In this document: in pieces, positions 1 to 10,992 of the stretch
How positions within the stretch are numbered: the stretch's first letter is position 1
How the letters are laid out: each line of letters opens with the position of its first letter
Assembly: GCA_963719315.1 (NCBI GenBank)
Contig: CAVRBU010000012.1
Coordinates: 1 to 64,000, forward strand
Source of the DNA: an uncultured Planctomycetota bacterium
GTDB taxonomy: Bacteria > Planctomycetota > Planctomycetia > Pirellulales > Lacipirellulaceae
Length of the DNA: 64,000 bases
Reading direction: 5' to 3'
Made by a program: the position numbers and the translations under genes
Notes under the pieces: model-generated
The model's input: the letters and a program-made list of their open reading frames with translations, nothing else
What the model was told of the DNA's origin: nothing
The model's database searches: none

Positions 1-1
1 T

Positions 2-1110
2 GGCAGGTTCAAATTCCAAATGCAACATCTCGGCGATGAGCCCAGAGTTGGAGGACTTCGCGGGGAGTGCGATAGTCGAGTCGTTTGCGGGGGCGATCAT
101 TCAATGAGGATTGGATGGCGGCCACCGCGCGGTGGCTGGTCGCCGTGAAGTCAGTGCCTTTTGGCGTGTATTGCCGAACCAGGCCGTTGGTATGCTCGTT
201 GGTGCCGCGTTCCCAGGCGGCGTAGGGATGCGCGAAGTAGATGTCGATGCCGGTCGCTGTGCTCAACTGCTGATGCTCGGCGAATTCCTTGCCGTTGTCA
301 AACGTGACCGTGCGGCAGAGTGCATCGGGCAGCGCCGCGAGACGTTCTTCGGCAGCCGCGCGAACTGTGGCGGCGCGACGATCGTTCACGCGGGCCAAGA
401 GGGTGAATCCCGACTTGCGTTCGACCAGCGAGAGAAGTCCGCCGCGATGGGCGCGTCCGACGATCGTGTCGCCTTCCCAATCGCCAAAGCGCCGACGGGA
501 AGCGACGACGCTGGGGCGCCCATCGATTCGTACGGCGTTCGGCAACCGGCCCGCGTCTGCTCGGCGTTTTCGCCGGGGCCGGCCAAACCGCAAACAACTG
601 CGCCATGGGCAACGCTCTTCTTTGGGCCGGGCATTGATCCATTGATAGATCGTCTGCCGGGAGATCTGCCGCCGGGGTTCGCCGCGAAAATCGAGCTGCG
701 AGCGGCCGGCGATTTGATCGGGAGACCAATACCGCTTGAGGCCCTGACTAACGTACTTGCGGACGACCGGATCATCCATCTTCCGCACGCGATGGTTGAC
801 CCACCGGCGAACGTCGGTTCGCTGCTGGGCCTCCTCGGGAATATAGCCGAGTGGACCCGAGTTGCGGCTCAGCTCCCGATAGATGGTTGACCGATCCTTC
901 TTGAGACGCCGGGCAATTTCCGATTGGGGAGTGTTCATCGAAAGCAATTGCGCTAGGACCGCTCGGTCCTCCGAGGTAAGCTGTTTGGACATCGCTGGGA
1001 CTCCGTTCGAATGTCGTTCGTGCACAACCCGACATTCGGACATCCCAGCGATGTTTTCTCCAAGATCAGTTACGCTCCGCTAGCTGGTGCATTTGGTTTT
1101 GGAACCTGCC
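2..1110 (-). mobile_element. IS30-family insertion sequence, apparently complete
   Basis: 26-bp terminal inverted repeats GGCAGGTTCAAATTCCAAATGCAACA (2-27) vs reverse complement of 1085-1110 GGCAGGTTCCAAAACCAAATGCACCA (22/26 identical), enclosing a single transposase. Confidence 0.9.
9..992 (-). CDS. IS30-family transposase
   Basis: N-terminal HTH (IARRLKKDRSTIYRELSRN), WSPDQI, GDWEGDTI, TFDNGKEF, ERGTNEHTNGLVRQY, LNDRPRKRL motifs; start taken at MSKQLT (ORF extends to 1043). Confidence 0.93.
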   Translation of the reverse strand: MSKQLTSEDRAVLAQLLSMNTPQSEIARRLKKDRSTIYRELSRNSGPLGYIPEEAQQRTDVRRWVNHRVRKMDDPVVRKYVSQGLKRYWSPDQIAGRSQLDFRGEPRRQISRQTIYQWINARPKEERCPWRSCLRFGRPRRKRRADAGRLPNAVRIDGRPSVVASRRRFGDWEGDTIVGRAHRGGLLSLVERKSGFTLLARVNDRRAATVRAAAEERLAALPDALCRTVTFDNGKEFAEHQQLSTATGIDIYFAHPYAAWERGTNEHTNGLVRQYTPKGTDFTATSHRAVAAIQSSLNDRPRKRLDYRTPREVLQLWAHRRDVAFGI

Positions 1111-1516
1111 GTTATTGTTGGCTGTGGTCGTTCACTCCGCCGCGATCCAAGACCGCGTTGGAGCCAAGGTACTGTTCATTAAGGCAGCCGCGTCGTTTCC
1201 CGCCATTTCGCTGGCATGGGCCGACGGCGGCTACGCCGGCAAGCTGATCGTCTGGCTCAATCGCTGGTGTGGTTGGGTCTTGGAAATTGTCCGTAAGCTG
1301 GAACAGCAGACTGGTTTTCAACTCCTTCGCAAACGCTGGATCGTAGAACGCACCTTCGCCTGGCTGGCACATTCCCGGCGACTCAGTAAAGACTATGAGG
1401 AACTGGTGGAAAACAGCGAAGCCATGATCCAAATTGCTATGATCCGGCTCATGCTGCAACGACTCTGCCGGCCAGCCAAGCCTCAACGACGATGATAGCT
1501 ATTAACAAACACCTTC
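1111..1516 (+). pseudogene. 3' half of an IS5-family (IS1031-like) transposase plus right end, interrupted by the IS30
   Basis: Frame starts abruptly at the IS30 boundary (LLLAVVVHSAAIQDR), has WADGGYAG, RWIVERTFAWL, RRLSKDYE motifs, stop at 1495; end-like sequence TTAACAAACACCTTC followed by TAA at 1502-1519. Confidence 0.85.
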
Positions 1517-1858
1517 TAAGACATTTGCCTGCTTGAGCGATCGGCGCGGCGCGGTTCAACTTTCTCCACGGCTTCGACCGCAAATTGCATTACATAATCG
1601 AGCGGGCATGGGCACGCAGGTTTGTCATTGTACTCGCAGTCAGAACAAATCGTGTCATGAAGTTTTCGATGCATGGATCTATTAGCGCACTGTCGGTGGT
1701 TCGGCAAAGTTCAATAAGAGCCGTCAAGTGGCGTTCGATGCCGCACCCTTCACCCAACGGACCGCAAGGCAGCGCCCCGGCCGGCGCTCGACACGGCGGC
1801 TGCACACTTCGGCCCTCAAATCAGTCTGGTATTCGTCGAGTTTGTTTAGGGTATTCAT
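1516..1858 (-). CDS. Cys-rich hypothetical protein (~113 aa), split by two apparent frameshifts
   Basis: Three overlapping frames join as MNTLNKLDEYQTDLRAEVCSR.. / LPCGPLGEGCGIERHLTALIELC.. / LHDTICSDCEYNDKPACPCPLDYVMQFAVEAVE; ATG overlaps the csrA-like 3' end. Confidence 0.55.
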
Positions 1859-2033
1859 GGCGAAGTTCCTTACGGAAGATGCGATCGGCCACTTCCTGAC
1901 GGTGAACAGGGTCATTCGCTGGCGCGTCGATGCCGACATGCACCTTGTTGCTTGCGATGTGGAAAACCTCAATCGAGATACCGAGCGTTGAAAAAACGAT
2001 CTTTTTGTTGTGACCACGTGAAAGAATTAGCAA
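1821..2033 (-). CDS. csrA: Carbon storage regulator CsrA-like RNA-binding protein
   Basis: MLILSR start, KVHVGIDAP...VHRQE motif, 70 aa, TTG start. Confidence 0.75.
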   Translation of the reverse strand: MLILSRGHNKKIVFSTLGISIEVFHIASNKVHVGIDAPANDPVHRQEVADRIFRKELRHEYPKQTRRIPD

Positions 2034-2092
2034 CTTGGCCTTCTTGCCAAGTGGTGACTTCGAGCTATTGCATTTGGCATAGAAGTTTCAAG

Positions 2093-2107
2093 GCAAACCA
2101 GATGCCA
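2093..2107 (-). promoter_or_regulatory. sigma54 -24/-12 promoter for csrA-like gene
   Basis: TGGCATCTGGTTTGC on minus strand (GG-N10-GC), 60 nt upstream of start. Confidence 0.65.
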
Positions 2108-2324
2108 TCGACCAGCGTGCTCTGAATTAGAAGCCGTATCGCTGGTCAGAGTGCAATTCCCTTAGGAATAGGGATACTTTTGGATCTGCGTCATCGGCCC
2201 TCAGCAAATCGCAGCTTGCATCCGAAACTGGCCTGTGTCGGCCGAGCACATTAGACGTGCCTATAGGCACACCGAGTGTGTAGGCAGTATGATCCAGCTA
2301 ATCTAAAAGAGTGGGAGACCGAAG

Positions 2325-2453
2325 ATGCAATTGATTGCTCACGCTACCATCAATGAGATCCCGATGGGGCTTATTATTTTCCTCGCCGGAGCGTGCGCCG
2401 GGCCGTGGCTCGCACACTTCGTTTACAACCTGATCAAAGCCAGAAGACGCTGA
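2325..2453 (+). CDS. Small single-pass membrane protein (42 aa), not in ORF track
   Basis: GGGAG RBS then MQLIAHATINEIPMGLIIFLAGACAGPWLAHFVYNLIKARRR; hydrophobic core and basic tail; fills the gap up to the hypE stop. Confidence 0.55.
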   Translation: MQLIAHATINEIPMGLIIFLAGACAGPWLAHFVYNLIKARRR

Positions 2454-2461
2454 TGCCGTCG

Positions 2462-3515
2462 TTAGCAGATTCTCGGCAAGGGCGCGCCGATCGGTTCGTC
2501 GAGCGGTATCTTTTGACCGGTTCCCCGCTCGACAACCACAGCCGCCAGACCGCGCGATTCAACACGACCCATGCAAACCGATTGCGACGTTTCAGAAACC
2601 TGGCGCAGGACACCGATCGCACGCTCGGCCTGACCTTGTGGAACGGCCACAACCATCGTGCCCTCATTGGCGACGTGAATTGGATCCAGGCCGAGAAGCT
2701 CGCATGCCCCCCGGACTTCGGGCAACACCGGCAACAGCTGCTCCTCGACGGCCAGCGTCTTTCCGCTGGCCTCGGCCCACTCGTGAAGCACCGCGCCAAG
2801 CCCGCCACGCGTTGCATCCCGAAGCGCGCGTACCGGGGTCGCCGATTGTTGAAGGGCAAGGACAGCACCTACCAGTGGGGCGCTGTCGCTACGGGGCGGC
2901 GGATCGAATTCGATCCCTTCGCGTGCGGCCATCACGGCCAAGCCGTGTCGGCCAATCGGACCGGTGACGATGAGCTCATCGCCGATTTCGAGCGCATGCG
3001 GCCCGGCTGGTGGTGTGGCGATAACCTCGCCAATGCCAGTCGTGTTGATAAACAACTGATCTACTGCCCCGCGCGGCACGACCTTCGTGTCGCCGGCTAC
3101 GACTAGCACACCAACCCGCTCCGTTGCGGCCGCTACGCTAGTCAGCACACGCTCGAGCACGGCGATTTCCAAGCCTTCTTCCAGGATGAGCGCCAGGGTA
3201 ATCCAGCGCGGCCGCGCCGGCGACGGCCAGATCGTTGACGGTGCCATAAACGGCGAGTGAACCGATATCGCCACCGGGGAAAAACAGCGGCGAAACTACA
3301 AAACTGTCAGTAGTCATGGCGAGCGGTCCGCGAACTGCCGGCAACACTGCGGCGTCTCCGGCGAGGCGGAGGAATTCGTTATCGATGACCGGCATGATTT
3401 GTCGACGGATGAGTTGCCGCATCAATCGCCCGCCTTCGCCGTGCGCGAGCAACACGCGGTCGGTGGCCTCCGATCCGGACACAGGGCAACTTAGAATACC
3501 TGTTGTGGCTTCCAT
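2462..3515 (-). CDS. hypE: Hydrogenase maturation protein HypE (one apparent frameshift near 3215)
   Basis: LAHGEGG, TTDSFVVSPLFFPGGDIG, GTVNDLA in first ORF; GDTKVV, DATRGG, ANEG and C-terminal PRIC in second. Confidence 0.93.
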
Positions 3516-3521
3516 CGTCGT

Positions 3522-4634
3522 TTAAATGGCTTCACCCATTGCGACCTTGCGCGATGGTGCATAGCGGTAATAGGCTGCGCAGGCCCCTTCGGTTGAGACC
3601 ATCGGGGCTCCAAGCGGAGAGTCGGGTGTGCAGCGCGCGCCGAAATGCTCGCACTCCGTTGGTTTGATTCGGCCGGTCAGCACTTCGCCGCTGCGGCACT
3701 CGGACGATTCCTGTACGACGGTCAACCCGCGAGGAAAACGTTTCTCGGCGTCGATATTCGCCCACGGGGCGCGCAGGCGGAAGCCGCCATCCGGCACAAC
3801 GCCCAAACCACGCCAAGGCCGGTCGCAGATCTCGTACACGTCGTCCATGATGGTGAGCGCCTGCCGATTGCCGGCTGCGGCTGCCGATCGACCGTAGCAA
3901 TTGGTCACGTCGGCCTCGCCGTGTTCCAGTTGTCGAACACATTCCAGAATACCACTCAACAAATCGACCGGTTCAAAGCCGGTGACTACGACCGGCAGAT
4001 GATACTTCTCGACAAATTCCTGGTAACTGTCAAAACCGGCCACGGTGCAAACATGTCCGGCGGCCAAGAAACCTTGGACCGAGTTGTCTTTGCTGGCGGC
4101 CAGCATTTCCATCGCCGGCTGAACTCGCACATGAGATACCAGCAGCGAGAAATTTTTCAGGCCGAGCTGTCCGGCCTGATGGACGGCCAGAGCGGTCGCT
4201 GGGGCGGTCGTTTCGAAACCCACGGCAAAAAAGACGATCTCGCGAGCTGGATTCCGCTCGGCAAATCGCACTGCATCGAGCGGTGAATAGACGATGTGTA
4301 CATTGCCGCCATCGGCACGGGCCTGCAACAGGCTTTCGTGGCTACCGGGCACACGCAACATGTCGCCAAAGCTTGTGACGGTCACGTTGGGTCGGCGGGC
4401 CAATTCAATCGCGTTGTCGATCGCTTCCAGGGGAGTGACACAAACGGGGCAACCTGGCCCGTGAATCAATCGCACGACGCCTTCCAAGGCCGTATCGATG
4501 CCATATCGCAGCAGCCCATGCGTTTGGCCGCCGCAGACTTCCATAAGGGTCCACGGTCGGGTTGCGATTTGACGAATTTCATGGAGCAGGCGCTGGCAAT
4601 GCTCCGGGCAGCGGTATTCATCAACGAACTTCAT
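3522..4634 (-). CDS. hypD: Hydrogenase maturation protein HypD
   Basis: MEVCGGQTH, GPGCPVCVTP, GFETT, PMVSTEGAC motifs. Confidence 0.97.
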   Translation of the reverse strand: MKFVDEYRCPEHCQRLLHEIRQIATRPWTLMEVCGGQTHGLLRYGIDTALEGVVRLIHGPGCPVCVTPLEAIDNAIELARRPNVTVTSFGDMLRVPGSHESLLQARADGGNVHIVYSPLDAVRFAERNPAREIVFFAVGFETTAPATALAVHQAGQLGLKNFSLLVSHVRVQPAMEMLAASKDNSVQGFLAAGHVCTVAGFDSYQEFVEKYHLPVVVTGFEPVDLLSGILECVRQLEHGEADVTNCYGRSAAAAGNRQALTIMDDVYEICDRPWRGLGVVPDGGFRLRAPWANIDAEKRFPRGLTVVQESSECRSGEVLTGRIKPTECEHFGARCTPDSPLGAPMVSTEGACAAYYRYAPSRKVAMGEAI

Positions 4635-4649
4635 AGCACGTAATTCCTC

Positions 4650-4925
4650 TTAACGCGTCCTTGGATTCGCCGCGACTGGTTCCTCGACTAAATCATCGCC
4701 CAAATCGAGTTGCTCCAATGTTGCAAGCACCTTGGCGGCCTCAGCGGAGTCGATGCGTGTGATCGCGACGCCCGCGTGAACCAGGACGTAATCGCCCTCG
4801 CGCGTTTCCGGCACACAGGCCAGGCTGACTGGCCGCCGCACACCGGCAAACTCTACCAGACCCGCCGTGAATGGCGGTTGGGCGTCAAACAGTTCAACAA
4901 CTTTTCCCGGAACGGCTAAACACAT
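4650..4925 (-). CDS. hypC: Hydrogenase chaperone HypC
   Basis: MCLAVPG start, GDYVLVHAG motif. Confidence 0.96.
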   Translation of the reverse strand: MCLAVPGKVVELFDAQPPFTAGLVEFAGVRRPVSLACVPETREGDYVLVHAGVAITRIDSAEAAKVLATLEQLDLGDDLVEEPVAANPRTR

Positions 4926-4927
4926 GA

Positions 4928-7255
4928 TCAGAACATTCCTCTTGCGGCCGCAACGGCGAGTTGTCCGGCCGCCAATCCACCATCGTTCGGCGGAATGATT
5001 CCAGGCAGGCCGAGCGGCTGGGATTTGCAATCTATCATTTCGGCGACTAATTCCGTGAGAATTCGATTTTGAAACACACCGCCGGAAAGCACGACGGGCA
5101 ACTCGCCCCAATGGCGACACACCGCCACAATGCCGTGTGCCAGACTGCGATGGAAGCGCATGGCCAAAACGGCCGGTTCAACTCCATGCCGATGATCCAC
5201 GAGCAACCCGGCAAAAAGCGGACGCCAGTCAAGCTCTGGCAATGGATCATCCGACAGCGGAAAATGGTACCAGCCTTTTGCATCCCGGTCTGCGGCCGCT
5301 TCGAGTCGCATCGCAGCCTGACCATCGAAGTCGGCGCGGTCGATACCTAAGATGAGGGCCGCTGCCGCATCGATCAGCCGGCCTGCGCTGGAAGTAATTG
5401 GTGAAAGGTGCGGGCGGTTGATAATCTGCGAGACTGAAGCGAATTGACGGGCGTCTACATTCCATCCGGGCCATTGCGAAAGTTTCGTCGAAGGATCGAG
5501 CTGTGTGCACAAGCTCAAAGCAATGCGCCACGGCTCGTGGATTGCCGCTTCTCCGCCGGGCAAACTGAATTGGCGCATACGAGCGACGCGCTCGAATTGT
5601 CCTGCCGTGCAGGCAAGGAATTCGCCGCCCCAAATGGTGCGATCGGTTCCATAGCCGGTGCCGTCCCATGCGACTCCGAGCACGCGCCGATCGAGCCAAC
5701 CGTGCTCTATCATGCCGGCCGCGACATGCGCGTGGTGATGCTGCACGGCAAGCAGCGGAAGCGACTGCTTTTGTGCCCATTGAGTGGAAGAATACTCGGG
5801 GTGCATGTCGTAGACCAATTGCTCCGGCCGGAATCGGTACAGCCGCAGCCAGTCCTTCAAATGGGTCAGAAATCGTTCACGCGAGGCGAGGCTTTCCTGA
5901 TCGCCGATGTGCGGACTGAGCACCGCCGATGCGCCGTTCGACCAGGCTAAGGCGGCCTTCAAGAATCCGCCCACGGCGATCGTCGGCGGCATCGTAGGCA
6001 AATCGAGGGGCAGCGGGGCCAAACCACGAGCCAACCGAATTGTCACCCGCCGACCGGCGATCACGCGTACCACACTATCGTCAATCGGCCGCACGATCGA
6101 CCGATTATGGTGCAGCCACAAATCAACCATTCCAGCTAATTGCTTTACTCCTTCTTCAACCCGGAATTGAAGCGGATCGCCCTCACGATTGGCGCTAGTA
6201 CAAACAAGCGGCCGGCCGAAATCGCTCGCGAGAATGGCGTGTAGCGGAGTGGTCGGGCGCATCAAGCCGACTGTGTCCAAATGCGGATGAATCGCCGGCG
6301 CAAGACCGTTATTTGAGCGTGACCGCAACAATACGATCGGGGCGGACTGATCCTCGAACGCCGCGGTCTCGTTCTGGTCGAAGTGAGCCAGCCGGAGCGC
6401 AGCCTCAAGCGATTCCACCATTACGGCTAGCGGCTTCGCTCGGCGACCCTTGCGCTCCCGCAGCCGATCTACAGCCGCCTGGTTGGTCGCATCAACCAAA
6501 AGCTGATAGCCGCCGAGGCCGCGGATAGCAACGATCTTGCCCGCCGATAAGTGGGCGATGGCAACCTTTAGCGCGTCATCATTGCGCCATCCCTCGCCGC
6601 CGCTTCCTGCCGAGGACCAAATGTGAGGGCCGCACGCTTCGCACGCGATTGTCTGCGCGTGAAACCGCCGGTCCCCCGGCCGCTCGTATTCGCTGGAGCA
6701 TTCCGCACACAGCGGATAATCTGCCATCGTTGTATCGGCGCGCTCGAATGGCATCGCGCGAATTAGGCTGTACCGCGGACCGCATTGCGTGCAGCTTGTG
6801 AACGGATACCTATCGCGGCGGTCGTCGCGGCTGGCGATCGCCCGCGAACAATCCGGGCAGAGACCCCGGTCCACCGGTACCCGCGCGGTGAGGGCACCGT
6901 GCGGCGGCTCCTTGATAATCGCAAATCCTCTCTGACCCTTCGGCGCAAGCAGTTCAGACTCTAACTTTGTAAGCGACGCGGCAGTCGGTAATGAACTTGG
7001 AAGCAAGCGTTCGAACTGATGCAATTGGTCACTGGAGCCTTCGATTTCGATCTCCACGCCGCAAGACGTGTTCCGCACCGATCCATTCAACTCCAGTTGC
7101 GTGGCCAGGCGGTAGATCGCCGGTCGCACACCAAGACCTTGCACGCCGCCAGCCAATATTAACCTGCGAGCAACCAGCGCCTTTGCGTCGCCAGGCTTGC
7201 GTGTCACAGACGCTTCAGGAACCATCCCGTTCAGGCTCTGACTCAATTGTGCCAT
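4928..7255 (-). CDS. hypF: Carbamoyltransferase HypF
   Basis: Acylphosphatase domain (GGVQGLGVRP), zinc fingers (CPDC..CTQCGPR, CAEC..CEACGP), QHHHAH, WDGTGYG, NDGGL; start uncertain (7255-7345). Confidence 0.96.
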   Translation of the reverse strand: MAQLSQSLNGMVPEASVTRKPGDAKALVARRLILAGGVQGLGVRPAIYRLATQLELNGSVRNTSCGVEIEIEGSSDQLHQFERLLPSSLPTAASLTKLESELLAPKGQRGFAIIKEPPHGALTARVPVDRGLCPDCSRAIASRDDRRDRYPFTSCTQCGPRYSLIRAMPFERADTTMADYPLCAECSSEYERPGDRRFHAQTIACEACGPHIWSSAGSGGEGWRNDDALKVAIAHLSAGKIVAIRGLGGYQLLVDATNQAAVDRLRERKGRRAKPLAVMVESLEAALRLAHFDQNETAAFEDQSAPIVLLRSRSNNGLAPAIHPHLDTVGLMRPTTPLHAILASDFGRPLVCTSANREGDPLQFRVEEGVKQLAGMVDLWLHHNRSIVRPIDDSVVRVIAGRRVTIRLARGLAPLPLDLPTMPPTIAVGGFLKAALAWSNGASAVLSPHIGDQESLASRERFLTHLKDWLRLYRFRPEQLVYDMHPEYSSTQWAQKQSLPLLAVQHHHAHVAAGMIEHGWLDRRVLGVAWDGTGYGTDRTIWGGEFLACTAGQFERVARMRQFSLPGGEAAIHEPWRIALSLCTQLDPSTKLSQWPGWNVDARQFASVSQIINRPHLSPITSSAGRLIDAAAALILGIDRADFDGQAAMRLEAAADRDAKGWYHFPLSDDPLPELDWRPLFAGLLVDHRHGVEPAVLAMRFHRSLAHGIVAVCRHWGELPVVLSGGVFQNRILTELVAEMIDCKSQPLGLPGIIPPNDGGLAAGQLAVAAARGMF

Positions 7256-7259
7256 ATAC

Positions 7260-8057
7260 TCATTTCTTGCTGGCTTTCTTGATTCTTGTTTTTGGACTCT
7301 TAACACGCCGAGCCGTTTGTTTCTTGGGGCGGCTCGGCGCGGCAAGCCGCGACTGGCTCATTCCAGTCGGTTCAACCCGAGGAGCGGCCAACAACTGCAC
7401 TCGCTCACTTCGTAAAAAATCACACCACGCCATCACACCTTCGCCATTCTGTGCCGATAGTGTGAAGAGCTTCAGTGCCGGCTGCACCCGTCGAGCGTCC
7501 TGCTCGGCGTTTTTCACAGAGAATGGAACGTGCGGGAGCAAATCGGCTTTGCTGATCACAACTACATCACTCGTCCGAAACGCCTTGGGATATTTGCCGG
7601 GTTTGTCATCCCCCTCGGTCGTGCTGAGCAGAAGCACGCGGAGGTGTTCTCCGAGGTCGTGGGATGCCGGACAGATTAGATTTCCCACGTCTTCGATGAA
7701 CAGGAAATCGAGACGCGGTTTGTTTAATTTCTGATAAGCACGCTCAACCAACGGGATCTCCAAATGGCATGCCCCGCCGGTCGTAATCTGCACCGTCGGC
7801 GCGTACGGCGACAATCGCTTAGCGTCGCGATCGGTTTCCACGTCGCCAACCAATACGCCGGCCGCATGCGACTGGCCCAGCCACTGAGCTGTCGTCTCTA
7901 ACAGCTTCGTCTTGCCGGAGCCAGGCGAGGAAATCAATCGCACTACAAGTGTGCCCAACTGAGCCATTTTAGTGCGGAAAGCATTGGCAGCCGCGAGCTG
8001 TTCCGCGCGAATATCGCGATTCACGTTGATTGTCTTTTTAACCATCTTGGAACTCAT
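7260..8057 (-). CDS. hypB: Nickel insertion GTPase HypB
   Basis: SSPGSGKT P-loop, TGGACHL, GNLICPA, EGDDKPGKYP. Confidence 0.96.
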   Translation of the reverse strand: MSSKMVKKTINVNRDIRAEQLAAANAFRTKMAQLGTLVVRLISSPGSGKTKLLETTAQWLGQSHAAGVLVGDVETDRDAKRLSPYAPTVQITTGGACHLEIPLVERAYQKLNKPRLDFLFIEDVGNLICPASHDLGEHLRVLLLSTTEGDDKPGKYPKAFRTSDVVVISKADLLPHVPFSVKNAEQDARRVQPALKLFTLSAQNGEGVMAWCDFLRSERVQLLAAPRVEPTGMSQSRLAAPSRPKKQTARRVKSPKTRIKKASKK

Positions 8058-8064
8058 AGTGAAA

Positions 8065-9361
8065 TCATACCCGTTCGATTCGCAGGTTCAGGAAATGCGT
8101 CGAACAACTAATACACGGATCGTAATTGCGAATCAGGTGTTCGCATTTGTTCGTAGCCACTGCGTCATCGAACACAGCGACGCGAGGCACGTACGTGCGC
8201 AAGTCGCTTTCGATCTGGCCTTGATTTTGCGACGTTGGTGGCACGATCTTCGCTTCCGCAATCAGACCGTCATCACCAATTCGGTAGTGGTGGTAAATGA
8301 GACCACGAGGCGCTTCGGTGGCGTGGCAGCCGCTGCCTGGTTTCGGGCTATAGACGACGCGACTTTGCGCCGGCTCCGCATTGTAGCTCCCGACAATCGC
8401 GATGGCTTCTTCAAAAGCACCGATCACTTCGATCGCTCGTGCCACGATACTTTGGAAGTTGTTGCGAGATGGCCAAGAGATACCGCACTTTTCTGCCGCA
8501 CGCTTCGCGGTCGGCGCCAATTGATCGAAGCACAGATTGACTCTGGAAAGCGGCCCGACTAGGTATGTCGTCTCCTCGGGCAACAACACGCTGTGCAGCG
8601 CCGTGCTTTGCGGCATGTGCCGTTCCTCGAAATACTGCTCGTACTGTTCGGCCGAGATGTCGAGTCCGCTCGTTGAAACGATACGACCTTCGTTCATTGG
8701 ATATTCATTCGCATGTTTCACGGAAACGCAGTTGTAGTCTAAATCCAGGTCGGGGAACTCGAATGTCGAAACGAGATCCAGCGTTTCGATCGCTGCCGCG
8801 AGCCCCCATTCGAGGTCTGGAAGAAGTTCCTTCAGCGCCTCGCGGCTCGGCGCGATAGAAGCCTCCGACCGTCACGTTGATCGGATGAATGGCGCGGCCG
8901 CCGAGAATCTCCAGGATCTCGTTGCCAATCTTTTTCATCCGCAGGCCCTTTTCGACCACTTCGCGGTGGTCGGTGGCCATGCTGATGCCGCTTTCGTAAC
9001 CGAGAAAATCGGGAGCGTGCAGCAGGAACATGTGGAGGACGTGGCTCTCGATCCATTCCCCGCAATAAAGCAGGCGACGAAGCGTGCGGATTTCCGGAGT
9101 AACTGTGATTTCGAGGGCTTTTTCCAGCGCATGGCAGGCAGTCATCTGGTAGGCGACCGGGCAGATGCCGCATATGCGTGCTGTAATATCCGGCACTTCG
9201 TGAACCGCCCGCCCCTGCAAAAAGCTCTCAAAAAACCGCGGCGGCTCATAGATGTTCAGCTCAACCTGCTCCACCTGATCGCCGTTCAGCTTGATATACA
9301 GGGCCCCTTCCCCTTCGACGCGCGACAGGGCCTTCACTTCAAAAGTTCGGTTGGCTGGCAT
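8065..9361 (-). CDS. Group 3b [NiFe]-hydrogenase large (alpha) subunit (one apparent frameshift near 8850)
   Basis: SRVEGEG, L1 [22 protein letters not shown]2 DPCISCSTH plus cleavable tail FLNLRIERV. Confidence 0.93.
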
Positions 9362-10137
9362 TACTTTTGTTCCAAGGTGTTGCTGGTCGCACGAAATTCC
9401 ATGGCATTCGCATTAAAGTTGCGTAGCAGACGCACCAGGTGAGCCGGTGGCGTACCGGTGGATAGATACTGGCTCGCAAGGCTATTTGGGTTCGCGTTCT
9501 CCTTGGGGCCAAAGCATCCGTAACAATCGCGATTGTAGGCGGGGCAGATAATGCCGCAGCCTGCCTGCGTCACGGGCCCCAGACAGGCAATGCCTTGGGC
9601 AACCGCCACGCAAACCACTTGACGCCGCTTGCAATCCACACAAACCGCGTAACTAGGAACCCGGGGCTTGCGGCCATGAACGAGCGAAGCAACCAGATCA
9701 ACCAGTTGATGCTTGTTGATCGGGCAGCCACGCAATTCAAAATCGACTGCCACATGGTCCGAGATCGGAGTGCTAGTGGCCAGGGTGTTGATGTAGGCGG
9801 GATGGGCGTACACGCGATTGATGAAATCGCCGACATCGGCCCAATTACGCAGCGCCTGAATTCCGCCCGCGGTAGCGCAGGCGCCGATCGTAACCAAAAA
9901 GCGGCACTGTTTGCGGACCTCCTGAATTCTCTCGGCATCGTGCGCGGTGGTGATCGAGCCTTCGACCAGCCCCACGTCATACGGCCCGCCAACCTGCTGC
10001 GTGCGGGCCTCCAAGAAATAAGCAATATCAACCGCGCCGGCCACGGCCAAAAGCTCATCTTCGGCATCGAGCAGCGAGAGCTGACAACCGTCGCACGAAG
10101 CGAATTTGAATACCGCCAAGGTGGGTTTACTGGCCAT
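9361..10137 (-). CDS. Group 3b hydrogenase small (delta) subunit
   Basis: [42 protein letters not shown]; no Tat signal. Confidence 0.94.
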   Translation of the reverse strand: MASKPTLAVFKFASCDGCQLSLLDAEDELLAVAGAVDIAYFLEARTQQVGGPYDVGLVEGSITTAHDAERIQEVRKQCRFLVTIGACATAGGIQALRNWADVGDFINRVYAHPAYINTLATSTPISDHVAVDFELRGCPINKHQLVDLVASLVHGRKPRVPSYAVCVDCKRRQVVCVAVAQGIACLGPVTQAGCGIICPAYNRDCYGCFGPKENANPNSLASQYLSTGTPPAHLVRLLRNFNANAMEFRATSNTLEQK

Positions 10138-10992
10138 CAGAGATCCTCCAGATTGAAGAACGGCTCCGCCTGCCGGTAATCGAACACCGGCCCGTCCTTG
10201 CACACGAAGTACGGCCCAATCTGGCAATGTCCGCAGAAACCCATGGCACAACTCATGTTTCGTTCCATCGAGACGAATATGTTCTCCGCCCGGATTTTGC
10301 GCACAAAGCTTCGAACACCACGAAACGCATCATGATCTCGGGGCCACAACTCATCACCGTTGTTCGCTCGGCCTGCAGCCTGTGGCTGTAGAACAATTGC
10401 GGCACGACGCCGATATGTCCATTCCAATCCGCGTCGCTGATGTCAACCGTCACCTCGATTTCGATATTCTTCTCTCGCCAGGCCGCGTACTCCGAGGTGT
10501 AGAGCAATCCACCGGGCGTCCGAGCCCCATAGAGCAAAACCACTCGACCGTAGTCCTCTCGGTGGTTCAAAATCTCGTAAATTGCCGGCCGCAGCGGCGC
10601 CAGCCCAATGCCGCCACAGGCAATGACGATATCGCGACCGCGGCAAGAGTCGGCGGGCCAACTCGAACCGAACGGGCCGCGCACGCCAATGTGGTCGCCG
10701 ACTTTTTGCGCGCGAGCGCTTGTGTCACGTTGCCCGCTACGCGAACTGTGTGCGACAACGAATCACGATTCGACGGATTGGAGCTGATCGAGATGGCCGA
10801 CTCGCCGAAACCTGGTAGGTACAGCATGTTGAACTGGCCCGGTTCAAAGCGATATGTCTCGGCCACTTCTGGGTTGTCGAAGACGAGATCGTATGTGGAA
10901 ACGTCCGGAACTTCGGGACGAATATCGACAATTCGAGCCGAGTTAGCCACCCAGGGATTGTGTGCCAGCGGTTGGTCTAAGATGATCGTCAT
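10137..10992 (-). CDS. Group 3b hydrogenase gamma subunit (FAD/NAD(P), 2Fe-2S); two apparent frameshifts near 10705 and 10300
   Basis: [50 protein letters not shown] spread over three frames. Confidence 0.9.
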
